This document shows positions 1-12,388 of a stretch of 64,000 bases of DNA, piece after piece (position 1 is the stretch's first letter; each line of letters begins with the position of its first letter). The notes beneath the pieces are model-generated. The model was given only the letters and a program-made list of their open reading frames with translations, did not search any database and was not told the origin of the DNA. The stretch comes from Phoronis australis (taxonomy: Eukaryota > Animalia > Phoronida). Where the stretch lies: positions 347,144 through 411,143 of the forward strand of contig NMRA01000203.1 of assembly GCA_002633005.1 (NCBI GenBank), given 5' to 3'. The translations under genes were made by a program, and so were the position numbers.

Positions 1-2935
1 TAATTGAAAAGCTTTTTTTCTGGTTTGCATTTTAAAGAAAAAGAAATGATTGAAAACTGTTTTAATAGCACAAAAGAAGGTAAGCGTTGTGGCACAAATC
101 ACGGGATGAAACATGAACGGAGTTTTGCCTAGACTCTGATAGTGAATATTTTGTATGATAAGTACTGATGCTGGGCTCACATAGGCAACTCCCACTGTAA
201 GGCTTGTATACACCACAGAAGAAATAGACAAGATACATCTGGGACATGAGCCCATGGTCTTATCTTTGAATTTGACATTTTATATTGTACTTGAATACAG
301 AGTCTAGATGAGAGTCTATTTTTCTGTGCTCTAGTGTGTTATGGTTTATACTGCTGAGTGTCTGTCACACTTAATCACCTGTATAGTAGGGCTGCTATCT
401 GGAAAAACTTGAGATTTCAAGCAAAAACTTAAAATTTCAAGGTAAGGCTCCAGCTTATAGCATTAGTGCTGATGTGCAAATCAGGATTAGACTGTTGTCT
501 GTGTAAACCATAGTGTACTTGAGTATAGAGTAATAGCCCCAGTGACTTATCTCGAATAATAGCCTCAGTGAATTCTCACTTAGTAGAAGGAGAATGTCAA
601 AAACAATTTCAAATACAAAGATTAGACAGTGAGGCCTGGTCATCTTATGAAGCACTTGGTAAAAAGTGTTATGTAGGTTAAAATCTCTAGTCACCAACTT
701 TGCCCTGAAAAAATCGTGAATGCACTCAAAATGTCTGATGGTAGTTATGGTTCCATGTAGCGTTACATTTCTTTAAGATAATTGAGAAAATTCATGTGTG
801 TACCATGTCCTAAATTGGTGAGGTTTTGAAGTAAGCACAAACATAACGAGTGAATGTTAATTTAGATTTTCAGAGTTAGATGAGTAAAATGTGCCCTGCA
901 TTGTTGACCACGAGAAGTAATGTTTGTAAAATCGATTTTTGGAAGATTAAACTCTAAATATCCAGTTGTTTTTCAGTTCCCTCTCTAACACCTCATCCAT
1001 GTTACCTGTATTCTAAAATTAACTGGATAAAATAAAATTAGTAATTGTCTTTATTAAGTTAACTTTGCGTTTTCCCTCACTTGGACAAAGTTTTGGGGTA
1101 CGTTTATTGCTAGTTTATTCACTTGGCCCTCTAACGGAAGTCAGATTTCAGCTTTCTTGAATAAAATCTCCCAGTCCAGTTGTACCCGACTTATGCAAAT
1201 TTTATTACATTTCATTTAAAATCTGATAAAAGGATTTCTTCAGTTGTAAATAAGACATTAGGAAAATGAGAGCTCCCTGTCTGACTTAATAAAAAGTGGA
1301 CAGTTAAATAATGAAACCAACTTTTCATCCTGGATTTCAAAAAATAGGTAGCCCCAAATTGGGTTTCCCAATTTCTTGTGACATCTATGACAGCGTTTTT
1401 ATGACTCCCAAGTCAAATACTGTCGTATGTTACTGGGAAGACACAGGTCCACAATGAAGTGTATTGTTTTTTGCAAGTCTTAACTAACTTTTCTATTGTG
1501 GACAAGCCAATGACCTCTTAGAGCTGTTGTTACTTATTTATGAAATGCCATTGCTTACAAAACTAGGCATACTAGCTTGGGTGTCTAAATTTGAGTTAGG
1601 GATTCCATTTGCACAGTCGCTTGACTAAGGTCTGCTACTGACTTATCCATCTAAGAGCATGGGTGGGGAGCCTTGCACAAAGTCAATATAGCTGAACTTT
1701 CTCATATAAAGGTGGCTAGTCTAATTTACAAATCACACTTTTCTCACACATTTCAGGCACAATACTTCTTGTACAAATACATATCTGTTCTCAATAACCA
1801 TGTTTTTGGCACAAACAGTGCTTGAAACCACTCTGATAATGTAGGAGGTATGAGGAAACATAGTTTTAATTCTGCCTTAATAAAAAAGGAGCGCTGGGTA
1901 ATGGTAACTGGGCGACTGGGGTAATGAGAGTTAGCGGAAGCTTGATGTCATTCTGTTCACATGTTAAAATGTCCATACTTTACAGTCTGTGAAACAAGCC
2001 TGTGGCTCATGACTTCATGTTGACAGTTCTTCAAAAATCCGATTTAAAATAAATATTAACGGCAAGACAGCACAACACCTACCATGCACAGATTTATTCA
2101 AACACTGATGGGCCCATCTGCAGTTTTAAAGGTACAAGATAAAGGTTCACTACGTGTTGAAACAGATAACAAAAGATAAGAAAGGATGTACGATATATTT
2201 AATCATAAGAGCATAAACGCCACAGCACAGGCTGAACGATTTCTGAGATCGGCAATGAATTAACTTTGGGTTGGAACACAGAGTACTTAAACATGTACTA
2301 TTTTTAACTTGATGGTTTCAATGGCGACAAGTTCATAGAATAACTCATATCTTTACAAAATAGACGTCTCTGTCCTCTGCTTAAATTTATATTTTGTGAA
2401 CAAGCTCCAGAAACTTTGAAAATTTGTTTCTGCATTGTAAATTTACTAGAACTTTTCGGGAAGGAGTTTCTAAACTTTGCTTCAGTAACGCTAGTGTTTT
2501 TTCATCAACAAAATTCATATACCGACAAAGATTGGGGGGTGCTTTACTGTATATTCATGCTTTCTTGAATATTTTAAAACAGTACTATACAACAGAGAGA
2601 TATATTTTTGGAAAGAATGGACAGCTTAATAGATCTGGACATAGATGATTAAATTTTATGGATAAATTTTGCCCAATGTTGTTGAGAAAACTAAGTGACC
2701 ATTGAGTGAGAGCGTGGTGTGTTTACTACTCTGACTTTTTCAGTTATGGGAACTAAATGTATTAAAAAAAGACCTTCAATGGGTTTCGTTGACAACACAA
2801 AGGCAAAAAGTAGATTGCTTTGAATTCGCATTGTAGACAAAATGAATTTTTCAACAAAATTGTAAAGCTTACCAATACCATCACTCAACTGAAATTCATA
2901 AACTCCATTGCTCTGACCTATAAAACCATTGCAAT

Positions 2936-3071
2936 TTATGTATTGTCTCTGGAACTATTGCTGTCTGTTTCCAAAGTAATACTTTCGGGATCTTCATCTG
3001 CAAAATACTTGTCCTCTTCATCGTGTTCTAGAATATCCAATGGGTCATATGCAGTGTTTGAGTCGATGTCT
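2936..3071 (-). CDS. CCDC97: CCDC97 coding exon 5 (last)
   Basis: Acceptor ttttacag at 3072-3073, phase 2. Translates (R)DIDSNTAYDPLDILEHDEEDKYFADEDPESITLETDSNSSRDNT*, matching the CCDC97/DUF2052 C-terminus (DY..VD....D.LD....DEEE.YF). Confidence 0.9.
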
Positions 3072-3874
3072 CTGTAAAACAAGACACGGTTCAACGCTAG
3101 ATGTTATAAACAGTTTGCACTACACAACTTCCAATTTACAATTTTCAGGGAGCAGTGATCTTCGCAGATTCCATCAACTACGAAAAATTACCAGCTTTGT
3201 GTAGATAATTCAATATATTCATATGCATACAACACAAACACGTGCAGGCACAAGCACGCATGCACACATATACACACACGCATACACACACACACCATTT
3301 TTGCTTTTGCCTAAGGTATCTTTATCCAAAGTTGATGATGGAAACAACGCTATGCAGGACTGAATTAAGTGAGGAGAATTTTATGGCTAAAGCTCCCCTC
3401 AAATGAATTTGCTGATGTTGAACAACTCACTAAATGAGCTATTTCAATGTGGATTTAGATAAAAGGATCGGTCTACACTTTGATTCAAAATTATTTGAGA
3501 TTCAGAATGTTATGTACTCTTTTTTCCAGACAATACCTCAGTATTCCAGGTACAGAGAGTATGAACAAGTCATAGTGTCCAGAATTCCAACAGTGGTTTT
3601 TCAATAAGTTTGTAATGCCATGTATGCATGCCTGCATACCTACATGCATATGTGTACATGTAATGTGGACGCATAATCATTAAGAAACACACAAGTAGCT
3701 TGACAGTAAGTGACAAACCAACAAAAGTGCGTCGGGAAATCAGTGAATAAAATAGTTATCACAAAATCTCGAATAACTTGGGCACAATAAGATGTAGCAA
3801 AAAACAGATGACAGTGCTTGGCGAGATCTATCTACATAAAACATTTAAAAAATCTCTCAAAGGAAGATAGTTCC

Positions 3875-5096
3875 ATAAAGATAAAATCGGAAAATGGCCA
3901 CATAATCATTTAATTCGACTTTTATGAGATGTAAAAATAAACTGTTTTTCTTTCTCGCCAATTTTGTGTCTAATTTTAACCAAGAACCACTGACGAAGCA
4001 CGTTGTGTATCAATTTCATATCGATCGAAAAAATGCTATCTGTAGTGTGCAAACCAAGAAACAAACAAGAACAATGCAGAGCGTTGAAATGTGGACACAA
4101 ATGCACTGCAAACGTGGTAGTTCTAGCAATGTTTATTTGTATCATAAAAATGGTCACTAGATGGTGCAAAAATTTCCAACCTATCCAAAAACCAGCACAT
4201 GTCAACACTTCTTTAATAGAAAGCAATTTCCCAAATTTCATAAAAATCTGTCAAGTAACTTCAGAGAAACAAAGGAAAACAGAAAAAAATGAAATTGCCA
4301 CTAGGGGGCACAGCATTAGTTGGATCCACCTGAAAAACGTCTGCTGTTAGCTTCATATAAATACACTTACTAAATTTAATAAAGATCCTGCAGTGAGTTT
4401 AAGAGATACAGCTATGGGCGCAAAACAAAACAAAACTACCACTAGGAGGCGCCACAGTAGTTGAAGTCGTCATCGTCACCTGTCCTCTTCCCACTGAGAA
4501 CATATATATGCCAATTTTCAAAATCATAATTAGAATGGTTTGGTTGACAGCGGAGTGGAAGCCAAAAAACAGACTCGAAAACAGCAAAAATGGTCACACT
4601 TGCTAAATTTAGTGAAGATCTTCCAAACAGTTTAAGAGATACAGCCATAGGCGCAAAAAAACAAAACTGTCACTAGGAGGCGCCACAGTAGTGAAAGTCA
4701 TCGGAAAGTCATCATGAGCCGTCCTCTTCATAGTAAGAAGATAAATGCCAATTTTTACAATCATGTTTAGAGCGGTTTGGTTGATAAAGGGGTGGACGCC
4801 AAAAACCACATTCGAAAACAGTAAAAATGGCCACTGGGTGGCAAAAACTACGTCGAATCCATCCGAAAACGAGAGGATAGTGTCACCTCATTAAAAGATG
4901 CCTATATGCAAAAGTTCACGAAAATACATTGAGGACCTTTGAAGGCACAGAGGTAACCGTAAAAAACTAAAATTGCCAATAGGGAGCACACCGGTAGTCA
5001 GATACGTCCAAAAGTTTGCTCATGCCATCCCATCCATGACAGGAACATGAGCAAGATTTCATGAACATACGTGAAAGGGTATTGGAGATAAAGCAG
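3875..5096 (-). mobile_element. Helentron/DINE-1-like non-autonomous repeat with internal degenerate tandem units (copy cut at n)
   Basis: Homologous to 5294-6606 and 36510-36970. Carries repeated cactag(g/a)(g/a/t)ggc motifs. Confidence 0.55.
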
Positions 5097-5293
5097 NGCA
5101 AAATACTTGTCCTCTTCATCGTGTTCTAGAATATCCAATGGGTCATATGCAGTGTTTGAGTCGATGTCTCTGTAAAACAAGACACGGTTCAACGCTAGAT
5201 GTTATAAACAGTTTGCACTACACAACTTCCAATTTACAATTTTCAGAGAGCAGTGATCTTTGCAGATTACATCAACTACGAAAAATTACCAGC

Positions 5294-6606
5294 ATAAAGA
5301 TAAAATCGGAAAATGGCCACATAATCATTTAATTCGACTTTTATGAGATGTAAAAATAAACTGTTTTTCTTTCTCGCCAATTTTGTGTCTAATTTTAACC
5401 AAGAACCACTGACGAAGCACGTTGTGTATCAATTTCATATCGATCGAAAAAATGCTATCTGTAGTGTGCAAACCAAGAAACAAACAAGAGCAATGCAGAG
5501 CGTTGAAATGCGGACACAAATGCACTGCAAACGTGGTAGTTCTAGCATTGTTTATTTGTATCATAAAAATGGTCACTAGATGGTGCAAAAATTTCCAACC
5601 TATCCAAAAACCAGCTCATGCCAACACTTCTTTAATAGAAAGCAATTTCCCAAATTTCATAAAAATCTGTCAAGGAACTTCAGAGAAACAAAGGAAAACA
5701 GAAAAAAATGAAATTGCCACTAGGGGGTACAGAATTAGTTGGATCCACCTGAAAGTCGTCGTCTGTTGTTAGCTTCATATAAATACACTTACTAAGATCC
5801 TGCAGTGAGTTTAAGAGATACAGCTATGGGCACAAAACAAAACAAAACTACCACTAGGAGGCGCCACAGTAGTTGAAGTTGTCATCGTCATCTGTCCTCT
5901 TCCTACTGAGAACATATATAAGCCAATTTTCAAAATCATCCTTAGAATGCTTTGGTTGACAGCGGAGTGGAATCCAAAAAACAGACTCGAAAACAGCAAA
6001 AATGGCCACACTTGCTAAATTTGGTGAAGATCCTTCAAACGGTTTAGGAGATACAGCCATAGGCGCAAAAAAAAAAAAACTGTCACTAGGAGGCTTCACA
6101 GTAGTGAAAATCTTCGGAAAGTCATCATGAGCCGTCCTCTTCATAGTAAGAAGATAAATGCCAATTTTCACAATCATGTTTAGAGCGGTTTGGTTGATAA
6201 AGGGGTGGACGCCAAAAACCACATTCGAAAACAGTAAAAATGGCCACTGGGTGGCACAAACTACGTCGAATCCATCCAAAAATGGGAGGATAGTGTCATC
6301 TCATTAAAAGATGCCTATATGCAAAAGTTCTCGAAAATACGTTGAGGACCTTTGAAGGCACAGAGGTAAACGTAAAAAACTAAAATTGCCAATAGGGAGC
6401 ACACCGGTAGTCAGATCCGTCCAAAAGTTTGCTCATGCCATCCCATCCATGACAGGAACATGAGCAAGATTTCATGAACATACGTGAAAGGGTATTGGAG
6501 ATAAAGCAGCAGACGCCAGACAGACGCCACCCAAGTGGACGACCGAATGGATAGATGGGATAACAACATAATGCGTCCATGTATAAATATGTGGACGCAC
6601 AAATTA
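5294..6606 (-). mobile_element. Helentron/DINE-1-like repeat (second haplotype copy, with terminus)
   Basis: Terminal short inverted repeat gcgtccat...gtggacgc followed by a GTCY-type microsatellite on the minus strand, as in the 36510 copy. Confidence 0.6.
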
Positions 6607-6727
6607 TGAATGGATTGTTAATGAAAATTCCAACCAGATCCATGCAAGGGGGGACAAAGGCACATGCTGGACACCCAAGCAGAGATAACAGTAATATACA
6701 CAGTCCACACATAAATGTGGGCACATA

Positions 6728-7595
6728 CAGCACACATCACAAATTTTTGTCCGACTGGTCGGCTAGGAGTCGACGACCGGCCGTCGACCGGCCGACAAAT
6801 TAGCTGGCCACTCATAAGGCGACCCCCCAGCCGACTCTACAGCCGACCTTAGTTGAGCCCATGATCATAATATTTGCGCTATGTTCAAACCATTGTTTAT
6901 GTTGCTTCTAAAATAAACTTTTGTTCTATTGCTGTACCAACATATTAAGAAATTGTACAAAAATAAACACTAATTATCTGAGGGAAAGCGCAATATACAG
7001 CGTGATAAAGTGATGACCAAGTGCAATAACGAATTACCACAAATACGTCCTACTGTTGAGCATTCCCCGGCATGAAAACACTTGAGGTCGTAAACATCCA
7101 GCGTTGTATTCTGATTTTTATGCAAATTTACTGTTACAGTAACATTTCAAATTTCTTGGTTGTTGATACTTTTTTATGCATAATGTATAATAAGTCTCAT
7201 ATCTAGAGTTCGAAATTATCTTTCCGCGATATCATTTTACGTTTGATTTGACCACTCCATCACCAATTCAACATTAAAGTTTACTTTGGTTTAATTTCAC
7301 GCAATTCGTATATGTAGGTTGATTCAATTTTACCACTTTTCAACAGTTGAACAAAAGTTGATAAACCGACGGCAAGACCCACAGAGTGGCCACTGGTGAA
7401 CGAACAGAGAACAGTTAAATGTTTGTTTGGCCAGAGTTCACCCGCTAAGTCATAAAATGGTAATTGCCGACCAAAGACACGCATAATCTGAATTGGTCGT
7501 CTATGCTAAACAACCACTTTGCTGACCCAAGTTCCGACCGCAGAGGCGACTCAGCAGACAGCTCCTAGCCGGACAAAAATTCATGATGTGTGCTG
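6728..7595. mobile_element. MITE with TA flanks in CCDC97 intron 4
   Basis: TIRs cagcacacatcacaaatttttgtccg / cggacaaaaattcatgatgtgtgctg, with TA on both sides. Confidence 0.75.
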
Positions 7596-7629
7596 TAAAA
7601 AGAGGTCTGTAAACAAATAACCTGTATAC

Positions 7630-7741
7630 CTGTAATCAAATTCCTTATCCTGTCCTTCAAGAAATCGTTCTTGCATAATATGGGCAAATTCATTTCTAAG
7701 TTGAAGTTTTTCCAATTCACTTGGCTGAAATTTAGTTTGAT
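7630..7741 (-). CDS. CCDC97: CCDC97 coding exon 4
   Basis: Acceptor ttattttcag, donor gtatac, phases 1 to 2. Translates DQTKFQPSELEKLQLRNEFAHIMQERFLEGQDKEFDYR, containing the conserved LR.EF...M..RFL.G.D..FDY motif. Confidence 0.92.
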
Positions 7742-7915
7742 CTGAAAATAAATGAGATAATTCAAAATGGCTGTAAAAGCCTTCTGTCACAAAATTAAGT
7801 TTACATTTAAACCACTTACTATTATGAAATAGGTCTCAAATTGACCCTTAGCCAAAATAGATTCCTAAGTTTGTAAAGAATTGAAAGTTCACTATTGCTC
7901 AAGATGAGGTTCTAC

Positions 7916-8176
7916 AAGTTGTCACATGCATAGCCAAGTTGACTTTGTCACATGCATAGCTAAGTTGACTTGTCACATGCATAGCAAAGTTGACTTGTCA
8001 CATACATAGCAAAGTTGACTTGTCACATGCATAGCAAAGTTGACTTTGTCACATGCATAGCTAAGTTGACTTGTCACATACATAGCCAAGTTGACTTGTC
8101 ACATGCATAGCAAAGTTGACTTGTCACATACATAGCCAAGTTGACTTGTCACATGCATAGCAAAGTTAACTTGTCA
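7916..8176. repeat. Minisatellite, 25-26 bp unit, about 10 copies
   Basis: Unit aagttgacttgtcacatgcatagc(a/c/t). Confidence 0.95.
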
Positions 8177-8735
8177 AGACATGTCATTTTATTCGCTGAG
8201 CATGCATGGTCTCAAGGAAAACTGAACTGTCAGTTCTTTGCAAGATCAAAAACCACTTATTATATGAGTAAGGAACAAGTCGAGACCAATTATATAGTGG
8301 CAAGTGGTTTAAAGAAAAATTGATTTTCTTCGATGGAATATGGGTTTATTGCGACAATTGTCAATAAAACATAAAGGTCTGTAAAGACAGTTGACATTCT
8401 CCAAAAACCTGCCACCTGACTATTTTCTGCAAATATCATGCAAAGATTTTGAGCCCTAAAACAGTATCACAAATAACTGCAGTAATATCCTTCAAAGCAA
8501 ATCAACTGCCGATTGAAGAAAATGACAACATCGTATCTCATAAATAAGTGGTTGGATTTGAAACATGACTACGTTTAGAGTATCATAGCTGGAATTTCAA
8601 AGTGTGGCCATGGAATTGGTATCCACTCCTTGAAATTTGCAGCTAAAGTCCTGGTGCAGATTATAAAAATCTATAATGGTGCCACCAAATTTTTTACTCC
8701 AAGCAAATCTTCAAATTCTCTCTTCATCATCTCAC

Positions 8736-8790
8736 CCCCAGTGTCTTCATCAGACTCTTCTTCTGACTCTTCTTCCTCTGCCTGGTCATC
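8736..8790 (-). CDS. CCDC97: CCDC97 exon 3, redundant copy (probable second haplotype)
   Basis: Same sequence as 10766-10820; lies in the duplicated block 8253-10281. Confidence 0.75.
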
Positions 8791-9758
8791 CTACAAATAA
8801 CACAAACATGTAGAAAAGAATGTACATGTTGCATTAAATTGTAAATCTTCACTTGCCTGGTTGAAGTTTACAATAGCAAGCTAATTATGCTAATGGTAAC
8901 AATGTTCATGATCAACATTTTGATCTTGCAGCTTAAATCATCATCAAGTATGAGTCATGCTCAACATCACTTCACAATTAACAATCAATGCTGTAGAGCA
9001 TGAATCATGCCTGATGGTGATTTAAGCTTCTCAATCAAAACGTTGATCATAAACATTTGTGTTGCTAGCTTCCTATTATACATCTAACCAAAAACTAACG
9101 AATGAAAGAAAAACAGAACTAAGTATTAATTTATCAGAAATGACATAGCAAGCATGTTCCACTATTGCCAAGCTGTTTGAATAAGCATCTAACATTTTGG
9201 CTACTCATATTTTTGTTATTTTCAACTGAAACCTTGAATGTGAATGATGTGCAAACTATTATGAGACACTTGAGAGAGATTTGCCACAAATTTGGACTAC
9301 ATACTGGGTGACGTGTTTGGGTTTGCTTTTCCCTATATCTGCTGCTGCAATCCACAACATAATTCTTATAATTAAACAATTTTCCTTTTTGCCACTGTTC
9401 ATAGCCTAATATGTTGCATTGATGAACAGTTTAACATTTATTTAGCTCTGACCAGCCACTAGTTGTGTCATCTTGGAAAATGTTTAGAACAGAATTCCAC
9501 TGCTTTGTGCCTGGTGATAATTGATGTGCCCATATATAAAACTTGACAAATAAGAACAAGTTATAAAGTAATGCAATCAAACACACTGTTTTTTACATAA
9601 GCCAGGATGACATGTTCACTTCATTCCTGAATTTATTCCATCTTTGTCTATTTAAAGCATTTTAGTTAAATTTGTTTACAAATGTTCAGTAAAAAAATAA
9701 ATTGGCCAAAAACACTTTAAAATTGTTTGCAATCAGGACACTACTAGATATGGCTTAC

Positions 9759-10281
9759 CTCCTTTTCTTTTTGCCAATCATGAAGAACATTTTCATACTT
9801 ATTTTCAATGAATCCCATCAGCACTGAAGAGAATCTAAGATCACTTTTGTCAATGTAGCCAGCAGCAACTTCTTTTCCTTCTTCTTCTGTCAGAAATTGT
9901 CCAATCATCTGCTCATATAACAACGGGTTCCTCGCCTTCATTTCTAATTCAGAAAAATAAGTGCCTTTTGAAACCATCTCCTTCATTGCCTGAAATCTTC
10001 GATTCTTCACTTCTTTTGCATTGCGCCTGCTATCTAAATGCTGACGTATGTCGTTGACATAGTAGTTTACCATGTAGTCACTTGTCCATGGACTGAAATA
10101 TTCTAAGTCATCTTCACTTAGATATTTTCCGAATCTGCTCAGGAATGTTGCCTTGTTACTATCGAGTATTGTCTCGGCTATGAAGTATTTTTCAGATTTG
10201 GTTAAATCTGGCTCTCCTCGCTGTTGGTGCTTAAAATGAGCATCAGAGCTTGACAGCCTGTCCAACATGGCAGTTTTGATA
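9759..10281 (-). CDS. CCDC97: CCDC97 exon 2, 5'-truncated redundant copy (probable haplotig duplication)
   Basis: Encodes the same protein as 11790-12311 but is cut at the single n at 10282 and has no acceptor. Confidence 0.75.
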
Positions 10282-10765
10282 NTCACTTATTATACGAGTA
10301 AGGAATAAGTCGAGACCAATTATATACTGGCAAGTGGTTTAAAGAAAATTTGATTTTCTTCGATGGAATATGGGTTTATTGCGACAATTGTCAATAAAAC
10401 ATAAAGGTCTGTAAAGACAGTTGACATTCTCCAAAAACCTGCCACCTGACTATTTTCTGCAAATATCATGCAAAGATTTTGAGCCCTAAAACGGTATCAC
10501 AAATAACTGCAGTAATATCCTTCAAAGCAAATCAACTGCCGATTGAAGAAAATGACAACATTGTATCTCAGAAATAAGTGGTTGGATTTGAAACATGACT
10601 ACGTTTAGAGTATCATAGCTGGAATTTCAAAGTGTGGCCATGGAATTGGTATCCACTCCTTGAAATTTGCAGCTAAAGTCCTGGTGCAGATTATAAAAAT
10701 CTATAATGGTGCCACCACATTTTTTACTCCAAGCAAATCTTCAAATTCTCTCTTCATCAGCTCAC

Positions 10766-10820
10766 CCCCAGTGTCTTCATCAGACTCTTCTTCTGACTCT
10801 TCTTCCTCTGCCTGGTCATC
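10766..10820 (-). CDS. CCDC97: CCDC97 coding exon 3 (acidic linker)
   Basis: Acceptor ttatttgtag, donor gtgagc, 55 nt, phases 0 to 1. Translates DDQAEEEESEEESDEDTG and keeps frame between exons 2 and 4. Confidence 0.85.
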
Positions 10821-10899
10821 CTACAAATAACACAAACATGTAGAAAAGAATGTACATGTTGCATTAAATTGTAAATCTTCACTTGCCAGGTTAAACTTC

Positions 10900-11110
10900 A
10901 TAATAGCAAGCTAATGATGCTAATGATAACAATGTTCATGATCAACATTTTGATCTTGCAGCTTAAATCAACATCAAGTATGAGTCATGCTCAACATCAC
11001 TTCACAATTAACAATCAATGCTGTAGAGCATGAATCATGCCTAATGGTGATTTAAGCTTCTCAGTCAAAATGTTGATCATAAACATTTGCGTTGCTAGCT
11101 TCCTATTATA
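10900..11110. repeat. About 200-bp fold-back (hairpin MITE-like) in CCDC97 intron 2; duplicate at 8870-9080
   Basis: Arms aatgttcatgatcaacattttgat...gcttaaatca...catgctc and gagcatg...tgatttaagc...tcaaaatgttgatcataaacatt are reverse complements. Confidence 0.75.
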
Positions 11111-11789
11111 CACCTGGCCAAAAACTAATGAATGAAAGAAAAACAGAACTAAGTATTAATTTATCAGAAGTGACATAGCAAGCATGTTCCACTATTGCCA
11201 CGCTGTTTGAATAAGCAGTATTATCTAACATTTTGTGTACTCATATTTTTGTTATTTTCAACTGAAACCTTGAAAGTGAATGATGTGCAAGCTAGTATGA
11301 GACACTTGAGAGAGATTTGCCACAAATTTGGACTACATACTGGGTGACGTGTTTGGGTTTGCTTTTCCCTATATCTGCTGCTGCAATCCACAACATAATT
11401 CTTATAATTAAACAATTTTCCTCTTTGCCACTGTTCATAGCCTAATATGTTGCATTTATGAACAGTTTAACATTAGCTCTGACCAGCAACTAGTTGTGTC
11501 ATCTTGGAAAATGTTCAGAAAAGAATTCCACTGCTTTGTGCCTGGTGATAATTGATGTGCCCATATATAAAACTTGACAAATAAGAACAAGTTATAAAGT
11601 AATGCAAACAAACATACGGTTTTTTATATAAGCCAGGATGACATGTTCACTGCATTCCTGAATTTATTCCATCTTTGTCTATTTAAAGCATTTTAGTTAA
11701 ATTTGTTTACAAATATTCAGTAAAAAAATAAATTGGCCAAAAACACTTTAAAATTGTTTGCAATCAGGACACTACTAGATATGGCTTAC

Positions 11790-12388
11790 CTCCTTTTCTT
11801 TTTGCCAATCATGAAGAACATTTTCATATTTATTTTCAATGAATCCCATCAGCACTGAAGAGAATCTAAGATCACTTTTGTCAATGTAGCCAGCAGCAAC
11901 TTCTTTTCCTTCTTCTTCTGTCAGAAATTGTCCAATCATCTGCTCATATAACAACGGGTTCCTCGCCTTCATTTCTAATTCAGAAAAATAAGTGCCTTTT
12001 GAAACCATCTCCTTCATTGCCTGAAATCTTCGATTCTTCACTTCTTTTGCATTGCGCCTGCTATCTAAATGCTGACGTATGTCGTTGACATAGTAGTTTA
12101 CCATGTAGTCACTTGTCCATGGACTGAAATATTCTAAGTCATCTTCACTTAGATATTTTCCGAATCTGCTCAGGAATGTTGCCTTGTTACTATCGAGTAT
12201 TGTCTCGGCTATGAAGTATTTTTCAGATTTGGTTAAATCTGGCTCTCCTCGCTGTTGGTGCTTAAAATGAGCATCAGAGCTTGACAGCCTGTCCAACATG
12301 GCAGTTTTGATATTTGTGGTCACGTATGTATCGTCTACTTTTGTATTCACATCCAACCCTGCCATAGAATTTTTATCATTATCAGCAT
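11790..12388 (-). CDS. CCDC97: CCDC97 coding exon 2
   Basis: Acceptor ttcttgtttcag, donor gtaagc. Contains HFKHQQRGEPDLT..EK, FLSRFGKYL, VKNRRFQAM, YFSELEMKARNPLLYEQMIGQFLTEEE, all typical of CCDC97. Confidence 0.93.

Noticed and set aside
3906-4350. Overlapping 78-116 aa ORFs on both strands, repeated at 5325-5772
   Set aside because: They lie within a non-coding repeat duplicated by the assembly and show no protein motifs.
9744-10286. Second CCDC97 paralog
   Set aside because: Protein-identical, truncated at a single n and without an acceptor. Best explained as a haplotype duplication.
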